This document shows positions 7,997 to 17,449 of a stretch of DNA of 64,000 bases, in pieces; the first letter of the stretch is position 1, and each line of letters begins with the position of its first letter. The stretch is from a virus: positions 1 through 64,000 of the IMG/VR virus record IMGVR_UViG_3300028827_000100. One strand, written 5' to 3'. Position numbers and translations under genes: made by a program. The notes beneath the pieces are model-generated. The model was not told the origin of the DNA, searched no databases, and worked only from the letters and a program-made list of their open reading frames with translations.

Positions 7997-8198
7997 CGTA
8001 ATGGGAATTTTACTTGGCAGTGTGATGTTTGTGTTTTTTATAGAGAACATTTCGGACTTTCTGTCTTACAGGGTTGAGTCGAGAAGGTGCGGCCCTTATT
8101 TGAAAAGAGAATATGTTGCAATATCAAAGAAGCATATGTGGAATGCGGTACTTTATCTGCTACTCGCAATTGCCGTGTTTGTTGCGGTTTTTGTTTAG
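7983..8198 (+). CDS. small two-TM membrane protein
   Basis: two hydrophobic stretches; GGAGG RBS. Confidence 0.6.
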   Translation: MNGFDVMGILLGSVMFVFFIENISDFLSYRVESRRCGPYLKREYVAISKKHMWNAVLYLLLAIAVFVAVFV

Positions 8199-8208
8199 GA
8201 GGAAAAGG

Positions 8209-9600
8209 GTGAGTGTTGAATTGTTTACTACTCAAGATTCGATAGCATGGCTTTTGCTTGGCAAATGTGAAAGGGCTATGGGGGAAATGCCAGACAACTA
8301 TGTGGATACTATTATTACTGACCCGCCTTATGGCCTTCAGTTTATGGGGAAGAAGTGGGATTATGATGTGCCAAGTGTAGAGACGTTTCAGGAAATGTTG
8401 AGGGTGGCAAAGCCCGGCGCAACATTGCTTTGCTTTGCGGGCGCAAGAACTCAACATCGGATGGCAGTGAATATTGAAGATGCGGGATGGGAACTGAAGG
8501 ATTGCATTATGTGGATTTACGGATCAGGATTCCCGAAGGCGACAGATATAAGTAAACAGATTGACAGGAAATTTGGGGTTAAGGGGGAAGTTATGGACAA
8601 GAGAAAGGGTTGTAGTCGAAAGCGTATTTATAATGTGGCGGTATATTCTGGATCATCAGGCAGGGAATATGAGATAGTTGCTCCTACCACCCCCGAAGCA
8701 AAACTCTGGAACGGCTGGAAATCACATGGGCTCAAACCTGCCTATGAACCTATTCTCGTAGCAATGAAACCAAACGAAGGTAGCTATGCACAGAACGCAT
8801 TGAAATGGGGTGTGAGCGGGTTGAATATAGATGGTGCGAGGATAGAATTAAAGGGTATTGAAGAACATACTACGGAAGCAAAAAGCGGTCTTGGTAAAAG
8901 GATATATGGAAAATATAAAAATAAACCAACCATAACATCTGATTTGCCGAGATATAACATTAAAGGTCGCTACCCCGCCAATATCATCCTTGACGAAGAA
9001 GCCGCAAGAATGCTGGATGAACAAATAGGCGACCAAGGCGGTGCATCACGATTCTTCTATGTTGCCAAGGCATCAAGGGCAGAAAGAAACATGGGGCTTG
9101 AAGACTTACCCGCCAAAGAGAGGGCCAATATCAATAAAATGATGGGAAGTGATGACAACAGTATGCTTACAGGTAGTGGAAATAAGCGGAATAATAAATT
9201 GCAAAACTTCCACCCCACTGTCAAACCTCTGGAGTTAATAGTATATTTGTGCAACCTTACCAAAACTCCATTTGGCGGGGTTGTACTTGATCCATATATG
9301 GGAAGTGGCACAACCGGAATTGCGTGCCTCATTACAGGTAGGGATTTTATTGGTATTGAAATGAAGCCTGATTATTATAAAGTGGCTTGTGAGAGAAGTA
9401 AGTATGTGAGTAGAAAGTTGCTCAAAATCAAACATAATCCTTTTGAACTCATATCTAATCTGGATGATTCAAATGAACTTGAAAGGTTGATTAAGAATTA
9501 TTCAAGGTTTGTGTGTGGGCACAAACTTAACAATCCAAAATTGAATAAAAGTAAGGGGGGTGAAAAAAACAGGCAAGGTGATACACTTTTTAAATATTGA
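8209..9600 (+). CDS. DNA adenine/N4-cytosine methyltransferase (beta class)
   Basis: TDPPY, WIYGSGFPK, HPTVKP, DPYMGSGTT; GTG start after GGAGG. Confidence 0.93.
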   Translation: MSVELFTTQDSIAWLLLGKCERAMGEMPDNYVDTIITDPPYGLQFMGKKWDYDVPSVETFQEMLRVAKPGATLLCFAGARTQHRMAVNIEDAGWELKDCIMWIYGSGFPKATDISKQIDRKFGVKGEVMDKRKGCSRKRIYNVAVYSGSSGREYEIVAPTTPEAKLWNGWKSHGLKPAYEPILVAMKPNEGSYAQNALKWGVSGLNIDGARIELKGIEEHTTEAKSGLGKRIYGKYKNKPTITSDLPRYNIKGRYPANIILDEEAARMLDEQIGDQGGASRFFYVAKASRAERNMGLEDLPAKERANINKMMGSDDNSMLTGSGNKRNNKLQNFHPTVKPLELIVYLCNLTKTPFGGVVLDPYMGSGTTGIACLITGRDFIGIEMKPDYYKVACERSKYVSRKLLKIKHNPFELISNLDDSNELERLIKNYSRFVCGHKLNNPKLNKSKGGEKNRQGDTLFKY

Positions 9601-9641
9601 TTGAGAAATTTTAAATATCAATTGAGAAAGGAGAGACAGGT

Positions 9642-10067
9642 ATGAAGCCAGAAGATTTCAACAGGATAGTGGATTGTTTCCATTTGATTGAGAAGAAGGT
9701 GTCGTCAATCAAATCAAGGCAGTATTCGGATGACAATGACCGCCTTTACAATTTCAAGGAAGGTGCGAAAGACCTCAATATCGACCCGATAACTCACTGC
9801 CGCCACCTTATGCAGAAACACTTGACGGCACTGAAGCAGTTTTGCGAGGACATTACGGAGCAGGCAAAGTATGGAAAGCCCTTTGAGTTTCCGGTATCAA
9901 AGATTGTGGAGTATGTCAAGGACATCAGGTTGTATTGCCTACTGCTGTTTTCACTCATAGCCGAACTTTCGCAGGATACAACCGTTGAAAACCTGATTGA
10001 CGAACTCATGGTCGAGGCTGGATATGTCGGGCGTATCACAGAAACAGAAGAAGTGGAAATGGATTGA
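9642..10067 (+). CDS. all-alpha nucleotide pyrophosphohydrolase-like / nucleotide-modification-associated protein
   Basis: K..QY...DRLYNFK...KH...D..LY pattern typical of phage MazG-related proteins. Confidence 0.5.
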   Translation: MKPEDFNRIVDCFHLIEKKVSSIKSRQYSDDNDRLYNFKEGAKDLNIDPITHCRHLMQKHLTALKQFCEDITEQAKYGKPFEFPVSKIVEYVKDIRLYCLLLFSLIAELSQDTTVENLIDELMVEAGYVGRITETEEVEMD

Positions 10068-10233
10068 GCCGGATGATGTATACGGCGGCATATTAATCCA
10101 TATAGCCACGGAAGAGCAGATAATAAAGCATATGAGAGAAAGGCTCAAAATGCAAGGCACGGACGACGAACTCCTTGACGAGTTCGTCGTTGTGCATTGG
10201 GCCGTCCCTGTCAAGGGGGATGAAACTTTATAG
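9997..10233 (+). CDS. hypothetical protein (start uncertain)
   Basis: DEFVVVHWA C-terminus; fills gap between genes. Confidence 0.5.
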   Translation: MTNSWSRLDMSGVSQKQKKWKWIEPDDVYGGILIHIATEEQIIKHMRERLKMQGTDDELLDEFVVVHWAVPVKGDETL

Positions 10234-10242
10234 GAGTGAGAA

Positions 10243-10647
10243 ATGAACGGGTGTAAAGATTGTATGTTGAAAGACACTTATCAGTGTCAGTTATATTCAA
10301 TGAAGGCATGCAGGGAATTGTGGAAATGGATTTTTGCAAACAGCGGAAAAAAACATGAATGGCCGGGATGGGAAAAATTCGGAAAGGCAAAGGCAGACTG
10401 TCCGGCCTGTGAACATGCGGCTCTCATGTGGTCGAATGGTGGTGATGGCGGAATTTGTGATTATTGCTTTCTTCGTGGAATTGCGTGGGACGAATACTGC
10501 TTGGAAGACCCATCCCTTTTTCTTCTTTGGGAAAACTCGTCAAGTGAGATTGAGGCGAAATACTATGCGTCATGGATGGTCTTTTGTATAGAAGAGGCGA
10601 TTGAAAATTTTAAAAGGAAGGAGTGTTTGTGCAATGTACAGGGTTGA
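10243..10647 (+). CDS. Cys/Trp-rich hypothetical protein
   Basis: CKDC, CPAC, CDYC. Confidence 0.65.
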   Translation: MNGCKDCMLKDTYQCQLYSMKACRELWKWIFANSGKKHEWPGWEKFGKAKADCPACEHAALMWSNGGDGGICDYCFLRGIAWDEYCLEDPSLFLLWENSSSEIEAKYYASWMVFCIEEAIENFKRKECLCNVQG

Positions 10648-11038
10648 AAGTGTTTTTGCTATTTTGTGCATGTTTGTTGTTTTATCTTTTTTTCTTGGCA
10701 TTGACGTGAATGCAGAGGGTTATTCTGAATCCTGGTATCAGGAAAAGTTCTGTTCTCAAGTACAGGGTGAACGTGAAGTAAGACTTGACGATGGAACAAG
10801 AGTGGACTGTCTTACGGGTGAATACGCATATGAGTTGGGATTTGCAAAGTCGTGGGATTCGATACCACAGGCATTACATTATGCAATCAAGACAGGAAGA
10901 AAGCCTGCTATTGTGTTGATAGTCGAAGACTGGAGCAGGGATATAAAATACATTGTCAGGATTGTGAACTATATGCAGGCTTTGACAGGGCAGAGAATCA
11001 GAATTGCTGTGATGTACGGCGACAAAGTATATTGGTAA
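10634..11038 (+). CDS. signal-peptide/TM protein with PD-(D/E)XK-like fold
   Basis: hydrophobic N-terminus ending VNA; E.RL.DGTRVDCLT..YAYE; QALHYA..TG.KP.IVLI. Confidence 0.6.
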   Translation: MYRVESVFAILCMFVVLSFFLGIDVNAEGYSESWYQEKFCSQVQGEREVRLDDGTRVDCLTGEYAYELGFAKSWDSIPQALHYAIKTGRKPAIVLIVEDWSRDIKYIVRIVNYMQALTGQRIRIAVMYGDKVYW

Positions 11039-11047
11039 GGGGTAGCC

Positions 11048-11335
11048 ATGAGAACTACACAATTTATAGGGCTGAACAGAAGGGCTGAAGAATACAAGAA
11101 AAAGCACTTTGTGAATTTTAGCGAGTTTTGCGGTGAAGTGATCGGAATGTTCGGTGAGCCAGTTTGCGATTTAAAGAGATATAAATGTAAGGATGGCAGG
11201 GTCATAGAAGAATATGAACAGTGTGTTCCGTGGTCAAGCGGCCCTGTAATATTTACAGCGTTTAGGGACGCAAAAACAAAAGAACCGATAAAAGAGACGC
11301 TTTGGACAGAAGACGAGATAGAAAAATATTTGTAA
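11048..11335 (+). CDS. hypothetical protein
   Basis: MRTTQFIGL...PWSSGP.IF. Confidence 0.65.
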   Translation: MRTTQFIGLNRRAEEYKKKHFVNFSEFCGEVIGMFGEPVCDLKRYKCKDGRVIEEYEQCVPWSSGPVIFTAFRDAKTKEPIKETLWTEDEIEKYL

Positions 11336-11339
11336 GGAG

Positions 11340-11471
11340 GGTAAGTGGACTGTTTCCCTGTATTCAACAAGAGACGATGTGGATTGCGGGGCAATAGCAA
11401 AAAGGTATGGTGGTGGCGGCCACAGGGGTGCGGCAGGGTTTCAGTGTGAAGAACTGCCGTTTGAGATATAG
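11340..11471 (+). pseudogene. C-terminal remnant of DHH/DHHA1 phosphoesterase
   Basis: Hand translation GKWTVSLYSTRDDVDCGAIAKRYGGGGHRGAAGFQCEELPFEI*; in-frame stop at 11319 and no start codon. Confidence 0.75.
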
Positions 11472-11498
11472 GGCAATGCCATAGAAAAAGGAGGAGAT

Positions 11499-11954
11499 AT
11501 GACAGTTAAGTTTGAAAGCGAACAGGAAATGAGAAATGCCGATGTTCCCTGGTTTGACACGAAAGAGGAGTTAGTCGAGTACATCACGGCTCTTGAGTCG
11601 ATGTCTCATGATTATGGTACGGCTGTGTATGCCGTAAGCATGGCTACCGTTGCCATGTTTAATTACATGGCAAGGAAACTTGGAATTACGGGATTTCAAG
11701 CAGGTTGTGCCGATTTAGATGTAATCAGGAGAACGAGACATCTGGAGGATGGGTTCAGGCTGATTGATTACAACAGGCTGTTGTACCCTCAATACCTCAA
11801 TGAGGAGCATTTCCCAACGCATGAACAATTGTTAATGGAGAACAGAGGACATCTTGCCCGCAAAGCAAGAAAGTTGCTCAAAGAAAGCCCGGATGCTCAT
11901 CCCAATGTCATAGCGAGATGGGAATATGTTGCAAGTTTGGGGGATGAATCATGA
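11499..11954 (+). CDS. hypothetical phage protein
   Basis: GGAG RBS; HDYGT, GITGFQAG, LLYPQY, AHPNV..RW. Confidence 0.7.
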   Translation: MTVKFESEQEMRNADVPWFDTKEELVEYITALESMSHDYGTAVYAVSMATVAMFNYMARKLGITGFQAGCADLDVIRRTRHLEDGFRLIDYNRLLYPQYLNEEHFPTHEQLLMENRGHLARKARKLLKESPDAHPNVIARWEYVASLGDES

Positions 11955-12193
11955 ATATTTTTGCAATGGCTTTTGTTGAGACGAGTTTCATAAAGACGAA
12001 TATGGAGAGTTTCAAGAAACATTTTTCACTTGAAAACGTGGAGACGGTATTGAATATTGCCTATAATGAGCTTGGGGTGTCCATATCCGCAGTAGATGCG
12101 GATGGCGATTTCATACTGAACAATATAAGTAAGGATGATTACCTGTCGTGGAAGGAAGGTGTAGAATCGGCATCACCTGTTTTCGTTAAGTGA
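11951..12193 (+). CDS. hypothetical protein
   Basis: overlapping start/stop with upstream gene. Confidence 0.6.
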   Translation: MNIFAMAFVETSFIKTNMESFKKHFSLENVETVLNIAYNELGVSISAVDADGDFILNNISKDDYLSWKEGVESASPVFVK

Positions 12194-12200
12194 GGGTGTT

Positions 12201-12425
12201 ATGAGAATGTATGAATGGGACTATGAGTCCAATACTTACAGGATAATCCCTGATTCTTTTCATGTTCAGGTGTTGTGCAACTGTGATGAGGCAGAATTGA
12301 TGTATGGCATTTCAAGGTTGTCTTTCAGGGGAGAGCCTCTTACGAGAGAAGAGGTGAAAGAGAAAGTTGTCTTGAGCGAAAAGCTTTACGGTTCTCTTGT
12401 AAGCGGAAAATGGTTTCTGAAATAA
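12201..12425 (+). CDS. hypothetical protein
   Basis: ORF with GAGGG RBS. Confidence 0.6.
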   Translation: MRMYEWDYESNTYRIIPDSFHVQVLCNCDEAELMYGISRLSFRGEPLTREEVKEKVVLSEKLYGSLVSGKWFLK

Positions 12426-12467
12426 AATCAGAAAAAAATAACCGTATTACGCACCGCCCCTTTTTTC

Positions 12468-12497
12468 CTTACGAGGGGTGAAGTGTGCCTGTTTTCA
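12468..12497 (+). promoter_or_regulatory. putative phage late-promoter motif, copy 1
   Basis: CTTACGAGGGGTGAAGTGTGCCTGTTTTCA nearly repeated at 46505-46534. Confidence 0.55.
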
Positions 12498-12526
12498 GGT
12501 GTCATCCCTCAATTTCATTTTAAGGG

Positions 12527-13054
12527 GTGATCATTGTGGAAATTAAAATTGCTTCTTCAGACAGAAATGTTTTGACAGAGGGGAAGGTTTATATCGGTTC
12601 TGGCGCTTATAGGGATGAGAGGGGTGTTGTCTGGAGTCTTGTGAGGGAGGGGGATGGATGGACTATCAGAAGACTCGCAGACAAAAACAGATATACTCAC
12701 ATTCTGAAGTGCAACGGGAGGGATGCAACGGATATTACCGTTGTGCCTTCAGAAGTTACAGCCTACCTTGATACGAATCCAGCCGTGTATACAGCATCGG
12801 TTACAATAGTAGACAACAACGAAAACGAATGGGAAAGTTTCGGGAAGCTCAACTTCAGAATTTCCATGTACAGGCGGGGAAGAAAGTATATCGTTGTTGC
12901 TGAAGACGAAGCCGATGACGAAAACAAAAAGGTTGTTCAGCTTCCAGAAAAAATATCCAGCGTGCTTGAAGGTCTTGAAGATATACAAATAGCAGAAGTA
13001 TTTGCCGACATGCTTCGGAACAAGAGTTTGTACGGCATTATATTTGGGGGGTGA
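12527..13054 (+). CDS. hypothetical protein (first gene of acidic block)
   Basis: ORF; N-terminal KIAS. Confidence 0.7.
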   Translation: MIIVEIKIASSDRNVLTEGKVYIGSGAYRDERGVVWSLVREGDGWTIRRLADKNRYTHILKCNGRDATDITVVPSEVTAYLDTNPAVYTASVTIVDNNENEWESFGKLNFRISMYRRGRKYIVVAEDEADDENKKVVQLPEKISSVLEGLEDIQIAEVFADMLRNKSLYGIIFGG

Positions 13055-13057
13055 TGT

Positions 13058-13777
13058 ATGGCGAATTTCAAATATTTGAAAGGGCCTTACGAAGATGTGG
13101 ATGGTGACTATTACATAGTAATTCAAAAAGGGGGTTATGATGTATATGGAACGAGTGGAGGGGTGGGTTTCGGAAGCTCGATAGATGCCGCAAATATAAT
13201 AACTATTTTGGAGGGGCATGTCTGTCAGGGTGCTGGAGAGTATTTGGCTACTGTTGGTGGTGATGTAAGAAAAATGGAGGATGCTGTTGACCTTATTGTG
13301 AGAGCAGATGCGCCCGATGAAATATTGGAATGTCTTGACAATACAGTTGCTGAAATAATGGAAGAATATCCAGCTTTAGACGAGTCTCTATGGAGTGAAA
13401 TTGAGTACAGTTGGATAGAAGATATATTTTATAACAGTTTTATTTATGATGTTTTGGACTGGCTGAATATTAATGAGGCAAAATTTTATGGTGATGGTGG
13501 CTATGATAGTGTTGTTGATGCCACATCCACAATGTTTAAATTTTATTTTGAGATTGTTCATGACATGGGGCCTTATGCTGTTTCAGTAGAGGATTTTGTT
13601 GATGCCCTGTTTTCTGTTAATATTCATGCTCATCCAGAAATTCAAGAGCTTGTTGAAACTTTACCTGTTGTGATGAATGAGCCGGAACAATTTTATTCAG
13701 AGGATGAGATAGAAAGGGCATACAGGATATATGAGCATATCAAAGCTGAATATTACGGGCAGGAAAAATTAATATAA
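13058..13777 (+). CDS. acidic hypothetical protein, paralog of 18563-19291
   Basis: shared APDEILE/YP.LDE and YEHI.AE..GQE.L. Confidence 0.75.
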   Translation: MANFKYLKGPYEDVDGDYYIVIQKGGYDVYGTSGGVGFGSSIDAANIITILEGHVCQGAGEYLATVGGDVRKMEDAVDLIVRADAPDEILECLDNTVAEIMEEYPALDESLWSEIEYSWIEDIFYNSFIYDVLDWLNINEAKFYGDGGYDSVVDATSTMFKFYFEIVHDMGPYAVSVEDFVDALFSVNIHAHPEIQELVETLPVVMNEPEQFYSEDEIERAYRIYEHIKAEYYGQEKLI

Positions 13778-13788
13778 GGAGGCATACC

Positions 13789-14358
13789 ATGACAAGAAAG
13801 GAAGTTTCAGAAAGAATAAGCAAGGTAAAATCCTATATAACACCTGAAAGCAACAGGAATTTTGTAGACGACCTTGCAAAAAGAATTGCAGACAGGAAAA
13901 CCGTAAGAAAAGTAAAGAGTAAGAGGTATGCTCCAGTGGAAGAAAAGCCGGACTTCAGGCAGGCCGCAGACGCACTTCAGCAGACCAGAATGTTTGAGAG
14001 GGCGTTTGCAAAGCGTGTGCGTGATGAAATAATGAATGTGGAAGTTCCGGTTGTTTCCATTGTAAATGCCGCAAGAAAGTACAGGGGTGACAGGACAGTT
14101 GAGGTTCTTTCACATATGCTTGTCAGGAATGCTGTGGATGAGACCACAAAGAACTACTTTGAAAAGTATCTTGGTGAGTATGGTCGCCAGTTGACGAGAG
14201 ACCTGAAAGAGATGCTGAAAGAGCGCACCCTGAAAGTTTCGTCTCTTATGGAAATAAGGGAAAAGATGGCAAGTTCATTTGGAGAGTGCCGGGCCACAAA
14301 CATCATAGACGACATCCTTTACAGGGTTGTTTATGGTGAAGGTTCGGCTGTAAGGTAA
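13789..14358 (+). CDS. hypothetical protein
   Basis: AVDETTKNYFEKYLGEY motif shared with 14914-15717. Confidence 0.75.
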   Translation: MTRKEVSERISKVKSYITPESNRNFVDDLAKRIADRKTVRKVKSKRYAPVEEKPDFRQAADALQQTRMFERAFAKRVRDEIMNVEVPVVSIVNAARKYRGDRTVEVLSHMLVRNAVDETTKNYFEKYLGEYGRQLTRDLKEMLKERTLKVSSLMEIREKMASSFGECRATNIIDDILYRVVYGEGSAVR

Positions 14359-14370
14359 AAAGGGAAGGGT

Positions 14371-14865
14371 ATGACGACAGAAGAATTTGTTGACAGTATA
14401 AACGATTTGATAAATACCAATGCGCTGGATATAGCGAAAAACTACTTTACGCTTGACCTCTACAATTACATTGGGACTATAGAAGTTGTGAATCCTGAAG
14501 GGGAGTTAAAAAGTATTTTTGATGCAAATTCAGTTCCGCAGGGTGAAGAGGGATATGACGACATCGTCAGATGTGATTTGTTTCGGGAGCTGTCCAATGT
14601 TCCAGATGGAGTTTACATTTTGATTGTATCGTTCGATGACGACGTTGACTATTACACCGTGGAAGTTTACGTCGATCCATCAGAACTTGTTGATGTGGAT
14701 TGGTGGCAGGAGAGAGAGCATGCATCTGTTTCCGTATACGTTGGAGATGTTGAAATATTTTACGAAAGTGACGAAGACGCCATGTCTTCAGTGGAAGAGG
14801 GTTTCTATACGTGGGAAAGTGATGTACGTTTGATGGAATATTTGATAGAGCATAGAATAATATAA
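14371..14865 (+). CDS. highly acidic hypothetical protein
   Basis: D/E-rich ORF with RBS. Confidence 0.75.
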   Translation: MTTEEFVDSINDLINTNALDIAKNYFTLDLYNYIGTIEVVNPEGELKSIFDANSVPQGEEGYDDIVRCDLFRELSNVPDGVYILIVSFDDDVDYYTVEVYVDPSELVDVDWWQEREHASVSVYVGDVEIFYESDEDAMSSVEEGFYTWESDVRLMEYLIEHRII

Positions 14866-14913
14866 CGTTTGCGTTACAAACATGCGAAGAAAACAGAAAG
14901 GGGATGATTTAAG

Positions 14914-15717
14914 ATGATACCTGTTATTGATTTGATAAAAGCCGCTGTTTTTACCGGCGACGAAGAACTCGTTTCGTTTGTCAGGGTTAGTGCCATTGAT
15001 TCCATGCTTACTCTTACCGACAGGTTTGAGAAGAAGGCAATAGATGAGGCGGCGAAAAAATATTACAGGGAATATTTTGGTGAGGTAAATTCAGACTATG
15101 CTTCTGCACTTTCGATGGACGCAGTTGATTTTATGAAGGCAAAAGTGAGTTCTGCTTCTTCCATGTCGCTTGCGAGATTTGCCTCGTCCAATTTTGACGG
15201 TGGCTGGCTGTATGAAAAGTATATAACAGCCCTTGTCAAACTTGCAGACGTTCAGCTCGATATAGAGCGTGCGTTTGAAAGTTCTGGATGGAAAAAGGCA
15301 GATGACTACACGATTGAGAATATGCACTTTCAGCATGAAAAGAGACCTAAAAGCAACGATATTCTGATTACGATAGACCTTGACCCGATGGATGGAACGT
15401 GGTCGTATGTCATTACCGGAAAGATTGACAGGAAAAGTATCAGCGAGTCTGGAAGCGGTTTTACATATATGGGCGAGGCGGTATATGACATTCTTGAGGT
15501 GCTTGGGGCTTATGGTATAACGTCTGGCCGTGGTCGGAAGACGAAGAAGCGTAAATCAAACTTTATAGAGTTGAAAGCTAAAGAGCACATTGTAGACCTT
15601 GCAAACGACGTCCTTGTAAGAGAGGGTGAAGTGTTTTATGTTGACGTTGATACCGCAATGCTCGAAGAGGACTTGGGCAGGGTGTATGCAATACTCGAAT
15701 TTGAAGACAACTCTTAA
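14914..15717 (+). CDS. hypothetical protein
   Basis: AIDEAAKKYYREYFGE motif. Confidence 0.75.
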   Translation: MIPVIDLIKAAVFTGDEELVSFVRVSAIDSMLTLTDRFEKKAIDEAAKKYYREYFGEVNSDYASALSMDAVDFMKAKVSSASSMSLARFASSNFDGGWLYEKYITALVKLADVQLDIERAFESSGWKKADDYTIENMHFQHEKRPKSNDILITIDLDPMDGTWSYVITGKIDRKSISESGSGFTYMGEAVYDILEVLGAYGITSGRGRKTKKRKSNFIELKAKEHIVDLANDVLVREGEVFYVDVDTAMLEEDLGRVYAILEFEDNS

Positions 15718-15740
15718 ATCTTAAAAAGGAGGTTGGGTAA

Positions 15741-16232
15741 ATGCCGGAAAAACTAACTATTGAGGTTTATTCTATTGATGAGCTTTCAGGTGATGCAAGG
15801 AAAAACGCAATTGAGCAGGTAGAAAAAGAGTATGATTTTCCATTTGAATGGTGGTATGAAAATTTACTTGATAATTATGCTGAGCTGGGCATAGAGGTAA
15901 AATCCTTTGATGTTTATTATGGTCTTGCCAAAGGTGAGTTCATACTTGATGCTGAAGAGGTTGCAGAAAATCTGATACGGGAAACGGGTGGGGATTTACA
16001 GGAAATAGGTCGAAGGTATAAGGAAGAGTTTGAAGCTCTGGATGAAAATTCAGAAGAATATGATTTTGATCGTGAACAGCTTGAGGAACAATTTAAAAAA
16101 GAAATTTTGCAGGTTGTTGTTGATGACCTCAGGTCAGAATACGAGTATTATACTTCTGAAGAAGGCGTTGTTGATTTCGCAGTAGCCAACGACATAATGT
16201 TTCTGGAGAACGGTAATATTTTTAATGGATAA
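15741..16232 (+). CDS. highly acidic hypothetical protein
   Basis: VYSIDELS..A...A and EYEYYTSEE....ANDIMF.ENG termini; AGGAGG RBS. Confidence 0.75.
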   Translation: MPEKLTIEVYSIDELSGDARKNAIEQVEKEYDFPFEWWYENLLDNYAELGIEVKSFDVYYGLAKGEFILDAEEVAENLIRETGGDLQEIGRRYKEEFEALDENSEEYDFDREQLEEQFKKEILQVVVDDLRSEYEYYTSEEGVVDFAVANDIMFLENGNIFNG

Positions 16233-16327
16233 ACGGTAGGAGGTTTGAGAGTATAGGCGTATGAAGACAGGGGGTTATATTTGCAAAACCGTTACGGGTA
16301 TAAATCTTAACACTTAAGGAAGTAGTT

Positions 16328-16765
16328 ATGCCGAGAAAACCGATTTTTTCAGATATCACTTTTGAATCCAGGGGTTCTTTTTATGGATGTGAAGTTTTGT
16401 TATACAAAAGGGGAGACGCTGCCGTGGTTGATGAGATATGTCCACTTGATGATGTTCACAGCCCCAAAGAAATTGTCGATATTTATAACACCTTCTATGG
16501 CATTAAGGACTACCGTGACATTGAAAAGTTTATTGAAGAAAATGAAGGAAAGGAAATTTTGGCAAGATTTTCCACGTATGTATATGCTGACGAGGTTGCC
16601 GATGTAATTTCTGAAGGTGATCGTGGGGGTATAATAGGTTATGTAGGTGTGCGTGATGATGATTTGGCAGAATATGCTGTGATTGCTATAATTAGCGGTT
16701 GGTTGAATTATTATGGCTCAATTGATGATGAATATATAACAGTGGATGAGCTTGATGAACTTTAA
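16328..16765 (+). CDS. acidic hypothetical protein
   Basis: ORF with RBS. Confidence 0.7.
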   Translation: MPRKPIFSDITFESRGSFYGCEVLLYKRGDAAVVDEICPLDDVHSPKEIVDIYNTFYGIKDYRDIEKFIEENEGKEILARFSTYVYADEVADVISEGDRGGIIGYVGVRDDDLAEYAVIAIISGWLNYYGSIDDEYITVDELDEL

Positions 16766-16780
16766 AACAAAAAAAAGGGG

Positions 16781-17446
16781 TTGGGTATGAGAACTGTTGA
16801 AGAAATTTTCAATGTTGATGGTCTTGCCAACGACATCAACAGTACAATTGAGGAGCTTGCTTCAAATCCGGTGGAATATTCAACGCCGGAAGGGTATGCC
16901 GTTTACAGCATCGGCACTGTAGTGAGTGGTGCGTCTGGACGGTATCAAGTTGTTGAATTGATGGACATTCTTGGAGTTGACTATGCAGAGTGGTTGCTTG
17001 AGGGGGCAGATTCACCCGAAGAAAAGCAGGCTGTCCGTGATGCTGTTGCAGATGGTGATTATGAAAGGTTGCGTGAGATGGTAATGTATAATGAGTGGAC
17101 AGTTGAATGGATGATGGATGCGCTGGATAATTTGTCCACAATGCTAACGGATGAATTTTCCGACCTCCCAAATGGGGTAGGTGTGTATGTTGATTTCAAC
17201 GAGGTAGATGGAGCTATAGACATATTTGTTTCTTTGACTCCTGAAGAGTTTGTAGACGAATTGAGTATCGATCCTCAACTGGATGCATTTGAAAGCAACG
17301 TGGTTGTTTTCAGATATAACTCTGGAAGATTCTCTGGAAGTTTTGAGTTTGAAGTTCAGATACCTGATGACTGTGAAAGTTTGGAGTGTGTTGAATCTTA
17401 TGCGAAGTCCGAATTTGCGGATGTAATAAGTAACGCTTGGAGGTAG
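16781..17446 (+). CDS. highly acidic hypothetical protein
   Basis: D/E-rich ORF. Confidence 0.75.
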   Translation: MGMRTVEEIFNVDGLANDINSTIEELASNPVEYSTPEGYAVYSIGTVVSGASGRYQVVELMDILGVDYAEWLLEGADSPEEKQAVRDAVADGDYERLREMVMYNEWTVEWMMDALDNLSTMLTDEFSDLPNGVGVYVDFNEVDGAIDIFVSLTPEEFVDELSIDPQLDAFESNVVVFRYNSGRFSGSFEFEVQIPDDCESLECVESYAKSEFADVISNAWR

Positions 17447-17449
17447 AGC

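Noticed and set aside
8113-8208. Longer N-terminus for the second methyltransferase
   Set aside because: Overlaps the upstream membrane gene; GTG at 8209 has the GGAGG RBS
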